Positions 43,540 to 57,700 of a stretch of DNA of 64,000 nt are shown here, piece after piece. The stretch's first letter is position 1; each line of letters opens with the position of its first letter. The DNA lies in contig JBJCIZ010000028.1 in the NCBI GenBank assembly GCA_051294375.1, positions 186,001-250,000 on the forward strand, written 5' to 3'. Under the pieces are notes generated by a model. The model was not told where the DNA came from. It saw only the letters and a program-made list of their open reading frames with translations, and did no database searches. A program made the position numbers and the translations under genes. The DNA is from Paraspadella gotoi (Eukaryota; Animalia; Chaetognatha).

Positions 43540-44533
43540 GATTGTAAATATTTTTTTGCGTTTAAGACAGTAAAAAAAATTCTTTTTTTCTGTCAAAGTT
43601 AGCTAATTCAAAATATATTTCGTAGAAACCGTAAAGAAATTTCTAAAGATATTCCAACATTCTCAAAGATAAAAAAAGACAGGACAAAATTTAACCGAAT
43701 TAACACGGACAGACGGACACAAATAGACGAACGCAAAGACTAACAGACAGAGAGAAAAAATACTCAGTTAAAGAAAGGGCAGATAGGCAAACGAATAGAC
43801 AGACAAGCAAAGGAACAGTCAGACACACTGAGACAGAGCGATACGAATAGACGGACGGACAGGAGATTAGGAGACAGACAGACCAATGACCGGACAGACA
43901 GACCCCCCCCCCGATTCTACCTCTGATCTTTGAATCGCATCGTCTTCTTATTTCCGACTCCCAAAATCTGAGTTTCGCCTCGACTTTGAATTCGATACCA
44001 AATCGGATCTTCGATGGAATCGCAACGAAATTCCATGATGGAACCGGAAAGCGAGACGAGTGATTCCATCGAAATAGAGAGGTGGAGAAGAGAGGAGAAG
44101 AGGAGGAGAGAGAAGAAGAGAGGAGAGAGGAGGCGAGACATTGTTTATTTGTGTAGTTTGGTTGGAGATAGAAAAATAAAGATAGGATGGCGTTTGAGAA
44201 GATGAAAGGTAATGAAGAGGAGAGAGGAAAGGATGGGTAGAGACGCCGAACGGGAAAATAGGGAATGAATAAAGAAACAAAAGGCTATCGCGGTTTTTGA
44301 CTTGAATGACGAAGAAAACATTTCATTTACATCATATGAGAAGAGAGAAAAAATGAAAGGATCAAGAAATTTAAAAAAAAACGTTTAGAACGAAATGTTT
44401 ACCCCACGAACTTATCAAAAATAAATTATGCACACTTTTGAATTTTACTTAATTTTCATTATTCAATGGTGACTAAACAAAGTAGGATTGAAAGAAAACA
44501 AATGGACGATGGAGATGAAACAGACATATTAGA

Positions 44534-44631
<98 letters not shown>

Positions 44632-45751
44632 TACATATTAGATTATATTAGACAATAATTACGAAGGACACAAGACAAAATATAAAGTCGAATTACATTT
44701 AAATTATATTTGTAGTATCTTTTGTCTTTATGCCTCGTCAAAATCAGATTTAAATTTAATTTAATTAAATTGAATTGAACATCACATTTTCACTTCTTCC
44801 TCAAACAACCTCCACGTAAAAACAAAATTCCTACTTTTATCAAAAATGAAAACAAAAAACAAAAACTTGAAAATTCAACATTAAAATTGTCAAAGGAACG
44901 AGTACCGGTTATTCCGACAAACAAACATTCGGTTCTAACTGTAAAACTGTTGCACCTTTCGTCGTTAAATCTAGATTTCGGTTTCGTTCCAAGAGCGATT
45001 CCCTGTAGCTCTTTTTGATTGTCGGTTTTCATTAACCACATCGGAGTTTCGGCCGAAGAGCAGGAAATTCGGACTTTCGATCCGAGAAAAGCGACTTTCG
45101 TCGTTGGTAATGAGTTCGAAAGATGAAGTAAAAATGAGGAAATGATGAAGAAATGAATCTTTAAATTCGCCATCTTTGTTTTTGAGAAGGAAAAGAAAAG
45201 ATTTCTTGATTTGTCGTCTCTTTCGGTAAAAGAGCTCCGGAATAGATGAGCCTTGGGAAATAACTCGTAGCGACCTCAAGCGAGAAACGGCAGAACTATG
45301 GACTGTTCTTGAAGAAAGAGAAAACAAAAGGCTTGGCTGAAAGAATGAGACTGCAAATATCGATAAATATTTGTGTTTTAAAAAAACGAAAAATGTTAAG
45401 TAGTCGCCTCACATGGAATGAATAGTGAATAGTGTGAATACATGCAATCTAAGAGAACATTGCAATGGAAAAAACCAATTCATATTTTGAGATGTTGACT
45501 TTTAATTTGAACTAATTCTTTAGTTTCGAATTTCTCATTTTTTGATAGAAGACAAAAACAGAATATACTCTTAAAGAAAAAACTAAAGATTAAACCTTAC
45601 AATTTCAATTATATGTCGGTGTTTTTTGTCAAAAATAGCAAGATCTGATGAATAAAAACTTTTTTTTAAAGTTTAAGCCGAAAAAACTCTTTTCATGACG
45701 AAAAATACTATATGCAAATGTGAATTTAAGCAAGATCAAATGACAATTTAG

Positions 45752-45815
<64 letters not shown>

Positions 45816-48666
45816 AGAGAGTTCACAATACTTCGTTCTTAAACCGCGACTTTGGTTTTTCCCCGAACGCAATTCCTTGCAACTGATGGTGTTGATTCTG
45901 CTGCATCAGCCACATTGGTGTCTCGGCAGAATCGCAAAACAACGACGCCTTCGAGCCAAGAATCGCAATCAGGTCGATGGGCGTGGAAATTGCGAGAGAA
46001 AACAATTCGAGGAAAAAGAAAAGAAAAAACGAGCAGACGATCGGATTCATCATTTTGAGAAATGTATTAAAATAGTTTTCGAAATATTTATTTAGGAAAT
46101 ATTCGTTGGGAAAAAAAGAAGTCAAATTTAGAAATTTAGGTGCAGAGAGAGAATCAGACGGATTGGACAAAGGAAACCACGAGCGACGTCGAGCGAAACG
46201 CAAAAGAATTACAGTCAAAAACAAAAGACGTCCCGAGAAGAAAGCGGGATTCTATAAAATGTAAGTTGGCGCGGGAAGTTTTGAAAAACGGTTTCAATAG
46301 TTAAAATGTTGATCAGAGAAATAGAGTTTCATTACATTTGTTTACTGTTCAAAAGGACCAACGGCAAACAATAAGTTTGATCAAATAATTACGTCAAGTC
46401 GCGAGAAATAAGTCGTTTTAGAAAGGGAAATCTTGATACAGATGTTTTATTAATACGTTTTCTTGATTCAGAATACAAAATGCAAATTAGTTTTTCACAA
46501 AAAGAAGGAATTAAGGAACGAAAACAGAATTTAGATATGTAGAACACATAATAATATGTCAATTAAATAAAGTATTAGAATCTAAAGTGAAGTTTGTGAG
46601 AAAGAATTCGCTATATGTAATACGTAATGTAATTGTAATAAAGTAATAAAATCAGCACCGAATTTACCGATCGTCTTGGAACCGCGCCATCTTCGCGGCG
46701 CCGATTGCGATGGAACCGAAGTTTTCGGCGCCTTTGATCCGATTCCAAACCGGAAGCGACGCTGAGACGCAAGAAAAAGAGGCGGCGTCGCCGACTCGTG
46801 AGACGCGAGTGGCCGACGGAGAAGCGGACGAAGAAGCCGACGAAGAAGCCGACAAAATTGCAAAGACCGACAGAAATAAAACCGAAATCATTTTTTTATT
46901 TGATTTAAAAGGAAGAATTGAAAATCAAAAACCGAGAGAAAGAAAAGAGAAGAGATATCGTAGCAGAGTAAGAGATTCTCTCTTGACCGAAACGACCGCT
47001 AGAGACATCGAGCGGGAAAAGATTCGCGAATGGAGAAAGTTAAAAAACAAAAGACGTTCGTCTGTAAAGTCGTACTTTGTCTATCATTGCGATCGGTTGA
47101 TGTAATTTATGTAGTTTCTTTTACAAAACTACAAATTATAAACAAGTAGGATAAAGAATGATCCAATATAAAGTTAAGATGATTAAAAAAAAAGTTATTT
47201 GCGAGTAAAATAATTCGATGTTTGCTTTCATCCAATTTATTTTTTAAAGATTGCATAGATTATACGAAGGAAAGATGACTCATAATTTAACGTGTATTAA
47301 TTTTACGTCTGATTTAGTAACTCTAATTCTTCATGTAAAAAAGAAAGAAATATTCAGATTTCGTTTTAAAAAATATCCGATAAAACATAACGAGGAATTA
47401 AAATATATAAGTAAAATAGTTAAGGAAATAAGAAGAGAGCTCAGCGACAGAGACAATAGACAAATAATATCACGACAGGGCAATCAAACAACAACAACAA
47501 CAACATCAACCTTTCGTCGATCGACGCTCCTTTCGCTCGACCACCGACGCCGATCGACCGCAACTCATTCTGCCGCAAATTCTGCTGCAACCAAATCGGA
47601 ATCTCAGCAGCAGAGACGCAAGAAAAGTCGACGGCAGCGCCGGAGTTGGTCGCGCGGAAATCGCCGGATTGGGCGGCGGATATGAAGGACAAGGTGGTCA
47701 GAATGAAGGACAAACGGAGGGACAAAGTCGAGGAAAAGAAGGACAAGGAGAGAAGAGAAGACATTGTTTGAATCGGCGAGGCGAGGAGAATTCGAGATTA
47801 ATGGGAGAATAAGGAGACTAGTAGCGACATCACGAGAGGAAAGGCGGAAGGTTGCGGAAGAAAAGTTTAACAAAAGAACAGCATTTGGTTCGAATTTTCT
47901 CTTTGAAGAAAGAAGGGCAAAGAGAAAGAAAGAAATACAATTTTTTTTTAATACCGAAAACAGTAACTATATCGGCATCAAAATCAATAACAAAGGGCTT
48001 CACAAATAAAAATTACCTAAGATCAAAGATGGACAGAAAAACAAAAATCATTAGACAAAGATAGAAACTGACATACAGATTTTTTAAAGTCAAATACAGG
48101 AATTGTTTTTTTTTAAAGACTGGAAAACTAAACTATGAATTCAAATTCAATAAAAACAAAAGACACTAACGTTTAAAATCATTAATAAAAGTTATGAACT
48201 AATTCATAAGAAACTACAAAAAATAACGTTCAAGGAAAAATGTCAAATGTCAAGAGAAGCAATAGTTTTTTTTTTAAATTTATAATTATAATGTGTTAAA
48301 GTAAAGGGCAGAGGGACCACAATGCTATTAATAGAAATAAAAAACTAACAAAGAGTCGCTAAAAACGAATTTACAAGAAAAATTTTGAGGTCTTCCCATC
48401 ATTGTATTGAAATTTACGTCAACGACATATCCCGCATTCGTTTGCTCTTTAAATAAATTAAAATACCTCGATCACCCAAGTTGATCATTCAAATTTATTG
48501 ACAATACCATTCATATAGTTCACGACAAATAATGTTAACCGTTCAATGATTTTTGTTGAATTGTATAGAAAATAAACGCGGAAAATCTAAATAGTTGACG
48601 AAAATTACAGTAGTAAAATGAGATTAGAATATATTTCGTTTTTTAAAAAATAGCCGCAATTTTAGG

Positions 48667-48723
<57 letters not shown>

Positions 48724-51700
48724 AGAGGACATTCACCTCTCATCACGAATCTTTCCATCCTGACTTTTCCACCAAAGGCCATTGCACAACTATCGACTCC
48801 ATGTTTCATCCAAACCGGATCAGTTTTCGATTGACAAGAAAATAGAACTGACGTCGACGCCGTCGCGACTTTGTGATCTCGGAGGACTGTTTCGGCGGAG
48901 ACGAGGATAACCGACGAAAACAGCGAGAAAACAAGAAAAAACATTTTCGTTTCCTTTGTTTGTTTCTTCTGTTTCGTCAATAATAGACGGAGATTTTGAG
49001 CGACGATTGATGGAAGGAGACAAGTCTAGCAAAGAATTGAGACAGGTAGAGACGCTTAGTGTGAAGTAGAAAAACGAAAAATAGACAAAAGGCTAACGTT
49101 CAAAAGCGGTTTAAAAAAAAAAGCAGTAGATTAATGGATAATAGGATAAAACGATAGTGTTTTTAGAAGAGACATCTGCTTTAAAATTCTATTTATGTTG
49201 CTTAAACAAAAGCAAAAAATGTTTTAATTGTTTAAAAGTTTAAATAGGATTTGATTATCGTTTTCGTAAGAGTAAAACAGCTACCAGTTTGAACAAAAAA
49301 CAACTGACAGAATTTGAAGGCAAGATCGTCATGTTAGGAAACTGCAAAGCAACACAACACAACTCAACACAACAANNNNNNNNNNNNNNNNNNNNNNNNN
49401 NNNNNNNNNNNNNNNNNNNNNNNNNNNNNNNNNNNNNNNNNNNNNNNNNNNNNNNNNNNNNNNNNNNNNNNNNNNNNNNNNNNNNNNNNNNNNNNNNNNN
49501 NNNNNNNNNNNNNNNNNNNNNNNNNNNNNNNNNNNNNNNNNNNNNNNNNNNNNNNNNNNNNNNNNNNNNNNNNNNNNNNNNNNNNNNNNNNNNNNNNNNN
49601 NNAGACAATGTTGTAATACTTCTTATAAAACCAAGAATCTAATGAATCAATTTAGTTAAGTTTTGACAAAATAACTTGAAAACGTATAGGGTAAATGAAT
49701 TATCAAATCATGCATGAAAAACTAATGCAACGCTTCAACAAGACCAAACTATCTTTCTCTTTTTACCGACTGTCTTTGAATCGCGCCATCCTTTTCTCGC
49801 CAATGGCCAAGTTCCACAACGAGTCGCCATCTTGGATTCGATTCCAAATCGGAAGAGTTTTCGAGTCGCAAGAGAATTTCGTTTCTGAGCCGACAACAAC
49901 GACGACGTCGGCCAACGAAGACGTCGGTTTTACCGACAAAAGGAGAAACAAAGAAAGTAAAGATTCGAATTTCATTTTCGTATTTCAGAGATGAAAAGTG
50001 AGTTAAATAGTCAAGGATGGATTCTTTGGATGTCGGTTAGGAAGAAGGAGACCAGTGGAGACGCCGAACGGAGAAAATNNNNNNNNNNNNNNNNNNNNNN
50101 NNNNNNNNNNNNNNNNNNNNNNNNNNNNNNNNNNNNNNNNNNNNNNNNNNNNNNNNNNNNNNNNNNNNNNNNNNNNNNNNNNNNNNNNNNNNNNNNNNNN
50201 NNNNNNNNNNNNNNNNNNNNNNNNNNNNNNNNNNNNNNNNNNNNNNNNNNNNNNNNATTAACAACAAAAGATACTTGAATGAGCGAAATAACGATCCGAG
50301 AGCAGAAAATATTCTTGGAAGAAGCATTTATAAGTCATAAGTCACAAAAATATAAACACCCGATATTTGTATCAAGCTAGGATGGCCGAGTGGTTAAGGC
50401 GTTAGACTTAAGNNNNNNNNNNNNNNNNNNNNNNNNNNNNNNNNNNNNNNNNNNNNNNNNNNNNNNNNNNNNNNNNNNNNNNNNNNNNNNNNNNNNNNNN
50501 NNNNNNNNNNNNNNNNNNNNNNNNNNNNNNNNNNNNNNNNNNNNNNNNNNNNNNNNNNNNNNNNNNNNNNNNNNNNNNNNNNNNNNNNNNNNNNNNNNNN
50601 NNNNNNNNNNNNNNNNNNNNNNNNNNNNNNNNNNNNNNNNNNNNNNNNNNNNNNNNNNNNNNNNNNNNNNNNNNNNNNNCTTCGTGGGTTCGAACCCCAC
50701 TCCTAGCAACTTGATTTTTGTGTTTAAGAACGTCATTTAGTACGCACGTAAGGAGGTGTGATAGCCTTCTCAAATTAATTTTAGTAATTATAAAAAAGTA
50801 TAATTAAACTATAAATGATTTAAATTTTAAAATAAAANNNNNNNNNNNNNNNNNNNNNNNNNNNNNNNNNNNNNNNNNNNNNNNNNNNNNNNNNNNNNNN
50901 NNNNNNNNNNNNNNNNNNNNNNNNNNNNNNNNNNNNNNNNNNNNNNNNNNNNNNNNNNNNNNNNNNNNNNNNNNNNNNNNNNNNNNNNNNNNNNNNNNNN
51001 NNNNNNNNNNNNNNNNNNNNNNNNNNNNNNNNNNNNNNNNNNNNNNNNNNNNNNNNNNNNNNNNNNNNNNNNNNNNNNNNNNNNNNNNNNNNNNNNNNNN
51101 NNNNNNNNNNNNNNNNNNNNNNTTAATAACAAGTTTACCTTTCGTCAGTAAATCTCGCGACTTTCTGAACCCCGAAAGCCAAAGCACGCATATTTTGCGA
51201 ATTTTGAATTCGATTCCAAACTGGGGATGAACTCGATTCGCAGTTAAACTTTATCGTCGAACCGAATATAGAGATGACATCGACTCGAGATTCGCCGAAA
51301 CATAATGAAAATAGGGAGACGAAAATAGCGAAGGAAATAAACATTGTCTCCTTTGGTTTGAGATTTTTTTAAAAATTTTTAGTGAAATAAAGTTTAAATC
51401 TATATTACTTAGAATAAATTTACATCATGTAATGTTTTATTTGGCTGTTATTTTAGGAATTGAGATGAAAGAAAACAATTTTTGGGATTCGTCAGGACAA
51501 TCAGATTTTTTATATCAGCAAGAAACAGAGAAAAAGAACCGATGGTGACGCCAAGCGGGAAAATCGAATACGAGGCGGAAAACAAAAGACAGGGACGAAA
51601 CTTGACTTGAATGAAAGAGAAAACCTCAGGCTGGGTTACGGTATAACAGAACTTTAAAAAGGGAAAATTTGGATTGTATTAAAATATTTTTTTTTAATAT

Positions 51701-54700
51701 AGTAAGCTATGAGTAAGTAAGGAAGTAAGAAAGAGAGAAAAGAGAAACAAAAATAAGATTTTACTGTGATAATTGTTGTTATTGTGTATANNNNNNNNNN
51801 NNNNNNNNNNNNNNNNNNNNNNNNNNNNNNNNNNNNNNNNNNNNNNNNNNNNNNNNNNNNNNNNNNNNNNNNNNNNNNNNNNNNNNNNNNNNNNNNNNNN
51901 NNNNNNNNNNNNNNNNNNNNNNNNNNNNNNNNNNNNNNNNNNNNNNNNNNNNNNNNNNNNNNNNNNNNNNNNNNNNNNNNNNNNNNNNNNNNNNNNNNNN
52001 NNNNNNNNNNNNNNNNNNNNNNNNNNNNNNNNNNNNNNNNNNNNNNNNNNNNNNNNNNNNNNNNNNNNNNNNNNNNNNNNNNNNNNNNNNNNNNNNNNNN
52101 NNNNNNNNNNNNNNNNNNNNNNNNNNNNNNNNNNNNNNNNNNNNNNNNNNNNNNNNNNNNNNNNNNNNNNNNNNNNNNNNNNNNNNNNNNNNNNNNNNNN
52201 NNNNNNNNNNNNNNNNNNNNNNNNNNNNNNNNNNNNNNNNNNNNNNNNNNNNNNNNNNNNNNNNNNNNNNNNNNNNNNNNNNNNNNNNNNNNNNNNNNNN
52301 NNNNNNNNNNNNNNNNNNNNNNNNNNNNNNNNNNNNNNNNNNNNNNNNNNNNNNNNNNNNNNNNNNNNNNNNNNNNNNNNNNNNNNNNNNNNNNNNNNNN
52401 NNNNNNNNNNNNNNNNNNNNNNNNNNNNNNNNNNNNNNNNNNNNNNNNNNNNNNNNNNNNNNNNNNNNNNNNNNNNNNNNNNNNNNNNNNNNNNNNNNNN
52501 NNNNNNNNNNNNNNNNNNNNNNNNNNNNNNNNNNNNNNNNNNNNNNNNNNNNNNNNNNNNNNNNNNNNNNNNNNNNNNNNNNNNNNNNNNNNNNNNNNNN
52601 NNNNNNNNNNNNNNNNNNNNNNNNNNNNNNNNNNNNNNNNNNNNNNNNNNNNNNNNNNNNNNNNNNNNNNNNNNNNNNNNNNNNNNNNNNNNNNNNNNNN
52701 NNNNNNNNNNNNNNNNNNNNNNNNNATGCAAATTGAATTAACGAGCTTTAAATTTCTGGGAAAATTGAAACGTCGTTCAGTGACGAATTTTGAATTTTAA
52801 ACGACGACGACAAAAAAGACGATTGAGATGACAAAAGCTGACAAGACAAGGATGATAATGACCTCGATCGATGACAAAGACAATNNNNNNNNNNNNNNNN
52901 NNNNNNNNNNNNNNNNNNNNNNNNNNNNNNNNNNNNNNNNNNNNNNNNNNNNNNNNNNNNNNNNNNNNNNNNNNNNNNNNNNNNNNNNNNNNNNNNNNNN
53001 NNNNNNNNNNNNNNNNNNNNNNNNNNNNNNNNNNNNNNNNNNNNNNNNNNNNNNNNNNNNNNNNNNNNNNNNNNNNNNNNNNNNNNNNNNNNNNNNNNNN
53101 NNNNNNNNNNNNNNNNNNNNNNNNNNNNNNNAAAAGCTCGTCCACGATCCGACCGGCGTCGCTTCGTCGAATGCCGACGACGCCGAAGACGCCGTCAAAA
53201 GAAAGAGGATAATGATACGACGCCGAAATGTAATTTGCATTTTGCGGTTGATGAAAATTTTGGTTTCAAGGAAAAAGTTAAAGACGCAAGGAGAAATTGA
53301 TGGTTAGAATGAAATAGGGAATAAGATATGGAGAATGAAGACCGGTAGGGACTCCTCGCGGGAAGAGCGAAAGATGGGAAAAAAGAATTAGAAACAAAAG
53401 ACGTTGCAATCCGTTGGAAGATAAGTGACACGTTCATTTCAAGAAAGAAAAACTTTGACAAAAGAAAAAGAGCTAGAAATGGAAAGTAGCCAACGCCTGC
53501 TAGGATGGCCGAGTGGTTAAGGCGTTAGACTTAAGTTCTAATGGACAAGTGTCTTCGTGGGTTCGAACCCCACTCCTAGCAATCCACTTTTATGTTCAAA
53601 ATTGTTGCTTATGATGTCCAAGAACTGACTTATAATGGTTATAAGAATCAAAGTTATTTTTTTCACAAAAAATAAACTATAATAGCTTCACAATAAAGCA
53701 TGTTAAGACTGTTAAGAGTGTATCGCAAATTGTGACGCTCTAATAAGTGGTATTTACAGAATTTCGAATCACGATGGACGTTCAAACCCTTTTAAAGATT
53801 AAATTTTCGGTTAATTTAAATTAGGTTCTCGAGGTCAAATATAATAAATAAAAAATCTAACATGTTGAATATATTTAGCAAATAACCAATGAACTTTTGA
53901 AATTAAATATTTATTACTAAATTAATTTTAATATAATTAATAGTATGAACATTTATTTTTTTTATAAATTTACCGCGAATCTCCGAACTGCGGCATCTTA
54001 GCGTCGCCGACTGCCAAGTTCTCGAAGGCAATCTGCCCGACGCCGACATTGACCGACATACCGACACTTTTGTCGGTCTCGCGAATTCGACTCCAAATCG
54101 GCGGCCGACGAGACGAACAAGAAAATTCTGTCGACGAGGAAGAGACGAGAGTGGAATGAGACGACGACGATGAAGAAGACGAAACGACGATGCAAACGAC
54201 GACGATGACGAATAACGACGAAAACGACGGGATAAACATTTTCTTTTTATAACGATAAAATGTAAAAAGTGTTTTATGAAGAGAAATCAGAGCTCGTATT
54301 GCGATATAGGAAGGAGAGGAAGACTGCTAGAGACTTTGTGCGGGAAATTGAGAAAGTAAAAGGAGTTTTAAAACAAAAGACTGCGCTATGGGAGCTTGGG
54401 AACGGACAGGGCAAGACATTGAAGACAAACGATTGCTTCACGAGATTATTGAGATCAAAGGTAAAATCGTACTACTCAGTTTGTTATGACAAAGTAAGAA
54501 CTTTATTTCTTTGTTCATGTTTCAAATAAAGAAAGCGTAATTAAAAAGATGAAATTGACCAGGTTAGGCAAGGACCAACAACCGTCGAAAGGCAAGCTAA
54601 TGTCAAAAATTACTATATTTGACATTGATTTCGTCAAATAATACGCAGCTCAGAATTTCGCGGCAAATTAAATTCTTTCTTTGAATTTTTTCATAATTTT

Positions 54701-57700
54701 TTTTATAACGGAACAAATACAAGATATAAATATTTACGCTTTTGCATCAAGTTGTACCATCAGCAATTTAAACCTTCGTAACTGCATCGAGCTGCCGTAT
54801 AAATTACCGCGAATTCTTGAATTGCGGCATCTTCGTATCGCCGAATGCCAAGTTGGACACTTCTCCATTCGAATGTCCGAATTTACTCCAAATCGGCGGA
54901 TGATTCGATTCGCAAGGAAAAGAAACGGGATGAGAATCCAGCGTCACTTGATAAGAAGCGGTTTTCGTCGTTGTTGTCGAGGCCGACGTCGCCATGGCGA
55001 CGATAAACAAAGCGTAGAAAAGCGGCGTAGACTTCATATTTACAAATATGTATCAATTCGACGAAGAATTAAGGAATTGCGAGAGATTCAACTATGAACG
55101 ATGAGTTTGAAGAGAAAGAGGAAGTAACTAGTAGAGACGCGCGACGGGAGAAAACGGAACCAACAAAAGACTAATCCATCGAATCGGGAAGACAAACTAC
55201 GTAATTCAGGGTCCTTTGACGATTCATTTATTTATTCAAATGTGTTTTCGATTTTGCAAGAAGAGAAAAAAATAAAACTTATGACGAGTTTTATTTCACA
55301 TTTTTTTGACTATTTTGTTTTAAAGGTTTAATTATAAAGTATTCACTTGATTTTTAAACATTAAAAGATTATTTCATTGTGTTAAAAGAAATAATTAAAT
55401 AATTAAACCACAAATCCACGATTAACAACATGAAGAAATAAAGTCACAAAATCAAACATCCACTTACAAGGAGCTAGGATGGCCGAGTGGTTAAGGCGTT
55501 AGACTTAAGTTCTAATGGACAGTGTCCGCGTGGGTTCGAACCCCACTCCTAGCACATATTTTTTAAAAAGAATTAATCTCCAGTCTCGTCAACCAATAGC
55601 GGGTTATTTATCAAAACTGTTATTGATGGTATCATGTGATTAAATAACGTGTGAATAATATTTATTTTTAATTTATATACATTAAAATATACATTTNNNN
55701 NNNNNNNNNNNNNNNNNNNNNNNNNNNNNNNNNNNNNNNNNNNNNNNNNNNNNNNNNNNNNNNNNNNNNNNNNNNNNNNNNNNNNNNNNNNNNNNNNNNN
55801 NNNNNNNNNNNNNNNNNNNNNNNNNNNNNNNNNNNNNNNNNNNNNNNNNNNNNNNNNNNNNNNNNNNNNNNNNNNNNACGCCGGACGCCGAGGCGGAGGG
55901 GCGGAACATTCCGGCAAGGAGAAAGAGAAGAGGGAAAGGCATGGCGCGAGACATGGCGCGTGACGATGAGAAAAACATGGCGAGAGACATGGAGAGGCGA
56001 ATTTCAATGAAAAGGAAACGGAGTAAAGAGTCACGGAGTAAAGATTTACGATGTACGATGCGACTGGTAGAGACGCCAAGCGGTTTGGAACGGAAGGGGA
56101 AAATATCCGGTCGAAAAAAATCAACAAAAGGGCAAAACTATTGAGACGCTTCATTATAATAAGTAAAAATATNNNNNNNNNNNNNNNNNNNNNNNNNNNN
56201 NNNNNNNNNNNNNNNNNNNNNNNNNNNNNNNNNNNNNNNNNNNNNNNNNNNNNNNNNNNNNNNNNNNNNNNNNNNNNNNNNNNNNNNNNNNNNNNNNNNN
56301 NNAACATACGACGTTATATTATATATTTATATATAAATTACTTTATTTAAAGATGTAAATGGGCCGTAAGTAATCCAGTATAAAAGGTTTTATTTAATTG
56401 AAGTCGGTGAATTAATATTAAAAATGTAGCTAAAATGAAAAATAAATAGGATACGATCCATGCAATAATCCAGAGCCTAAATGATAACGAAAACTTTGAA
56501 ATGTTGTTAATATATTTAATTTTAATTCAGTTGAGACTTTTTTTCTAGTTTCATTCTAAGATTTACATATCAAAGGAGAAAACAAAGTTTGTTTTTTTCA
56601 CAAACTAATTCAATTTTTTAAACAAAACGAATATGTTTGGATTCTTGTTTGGATACGAGTCGGTTACAGCGTTATTAGGTTGGCCGACATTAAGACGAAA
56701 AAAATATGTTTTCTATTTAATGTAATTATAATTATAATTTTTACCTCGCGTCATCAAAATTAGGCATTTTATCGACGCCGACCGCCAGGGTTTTAACGTC
56801 ATTCACCGTCTCTCCGATTTTCGTCCAAACCGGATTTCGATTCGAAGAACAAGAAAACTTCGTCGAAGACGAAGACGAGACGATCGACGGCGAAAAAGAC
56901 TTAATCCGCGACGAATTCGCCGCTAAGATGGAAACGGTGAAAAGGGAAAAGGCGAAGAGAGAATAAATTCGGCGAAGGTGGGACGAATTCGCCATAATGA
57001 GAAAGAATTTTATAAATTTAAGATGAGATTTACGAAACGATTTGGAAATGAGGAGATGACTATGGAGAATGAATGAAATCGGACTACTAGAGACTCCTGT
57101 CAGCGGTGCCAGTTTGGAAGTTGATAAACAAANNNNNNNNNNNNNNNNNNNNNNNNNNNNNNNNNNNNNNNNNNNNNNNNNNNNNNNNNNNNNNNNNNNN
57201 NNNNNNNNNNNNNNNNNNNNNNNNNNNNNNNNNNNNNNNNNNNNNNNNNNNNNNNNNNNNNNNNNNNNNNNNNNNNNNNNNNNNNNNNNNNNNNNNNNNN
57301 NNNNNNNNNNNNNNNNNNNNNNNNNNNNNNNNNNNNNNNNNNNNNNNNNNNNNNNNNNNNNNNNNNNNNNNNNNNNNNNNNNNNNNNNNNNNNNNNNNNN
57401 NNNNNNNNNNNNNNNNNNNNNNNNNNNNNNNNNNNNNNNNNNNNNNNNNNNNNNNNNNNNNNNNNNNNNNNNNNNNNNNNNNNNNNNNNNNNNNNNNNNN
57501 NNNNNNNNNNNNNNNNNNNNNNNNNNNNNNNNNNNNNNNNNNNNNNNNNNNNNNNNNNNNNNNNNNNNNNNNNNNNNNNNNNNNNNNNNNNNNNNNNNNN
57601 NNNNNNNNNNNNNNNNNNNNNNNNNNNNNNNNNNNNNNNNNNNNNAGATAAGAACATTTCTTTCTTGTCGAACAAAACGACAATCTGGGAACCGACGAAA

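Larger units (their letters stand above)
29930..51790. repeat. ~11-kb tandem duplication (block A ~29.9-40.7 kb, block B ~41.1-51.8 kb)
   Basis: Same ten variable exons, microsatellites and tRNA cluster in the same order; differences are mostly 1-nt indels. Confidence 0.9.
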
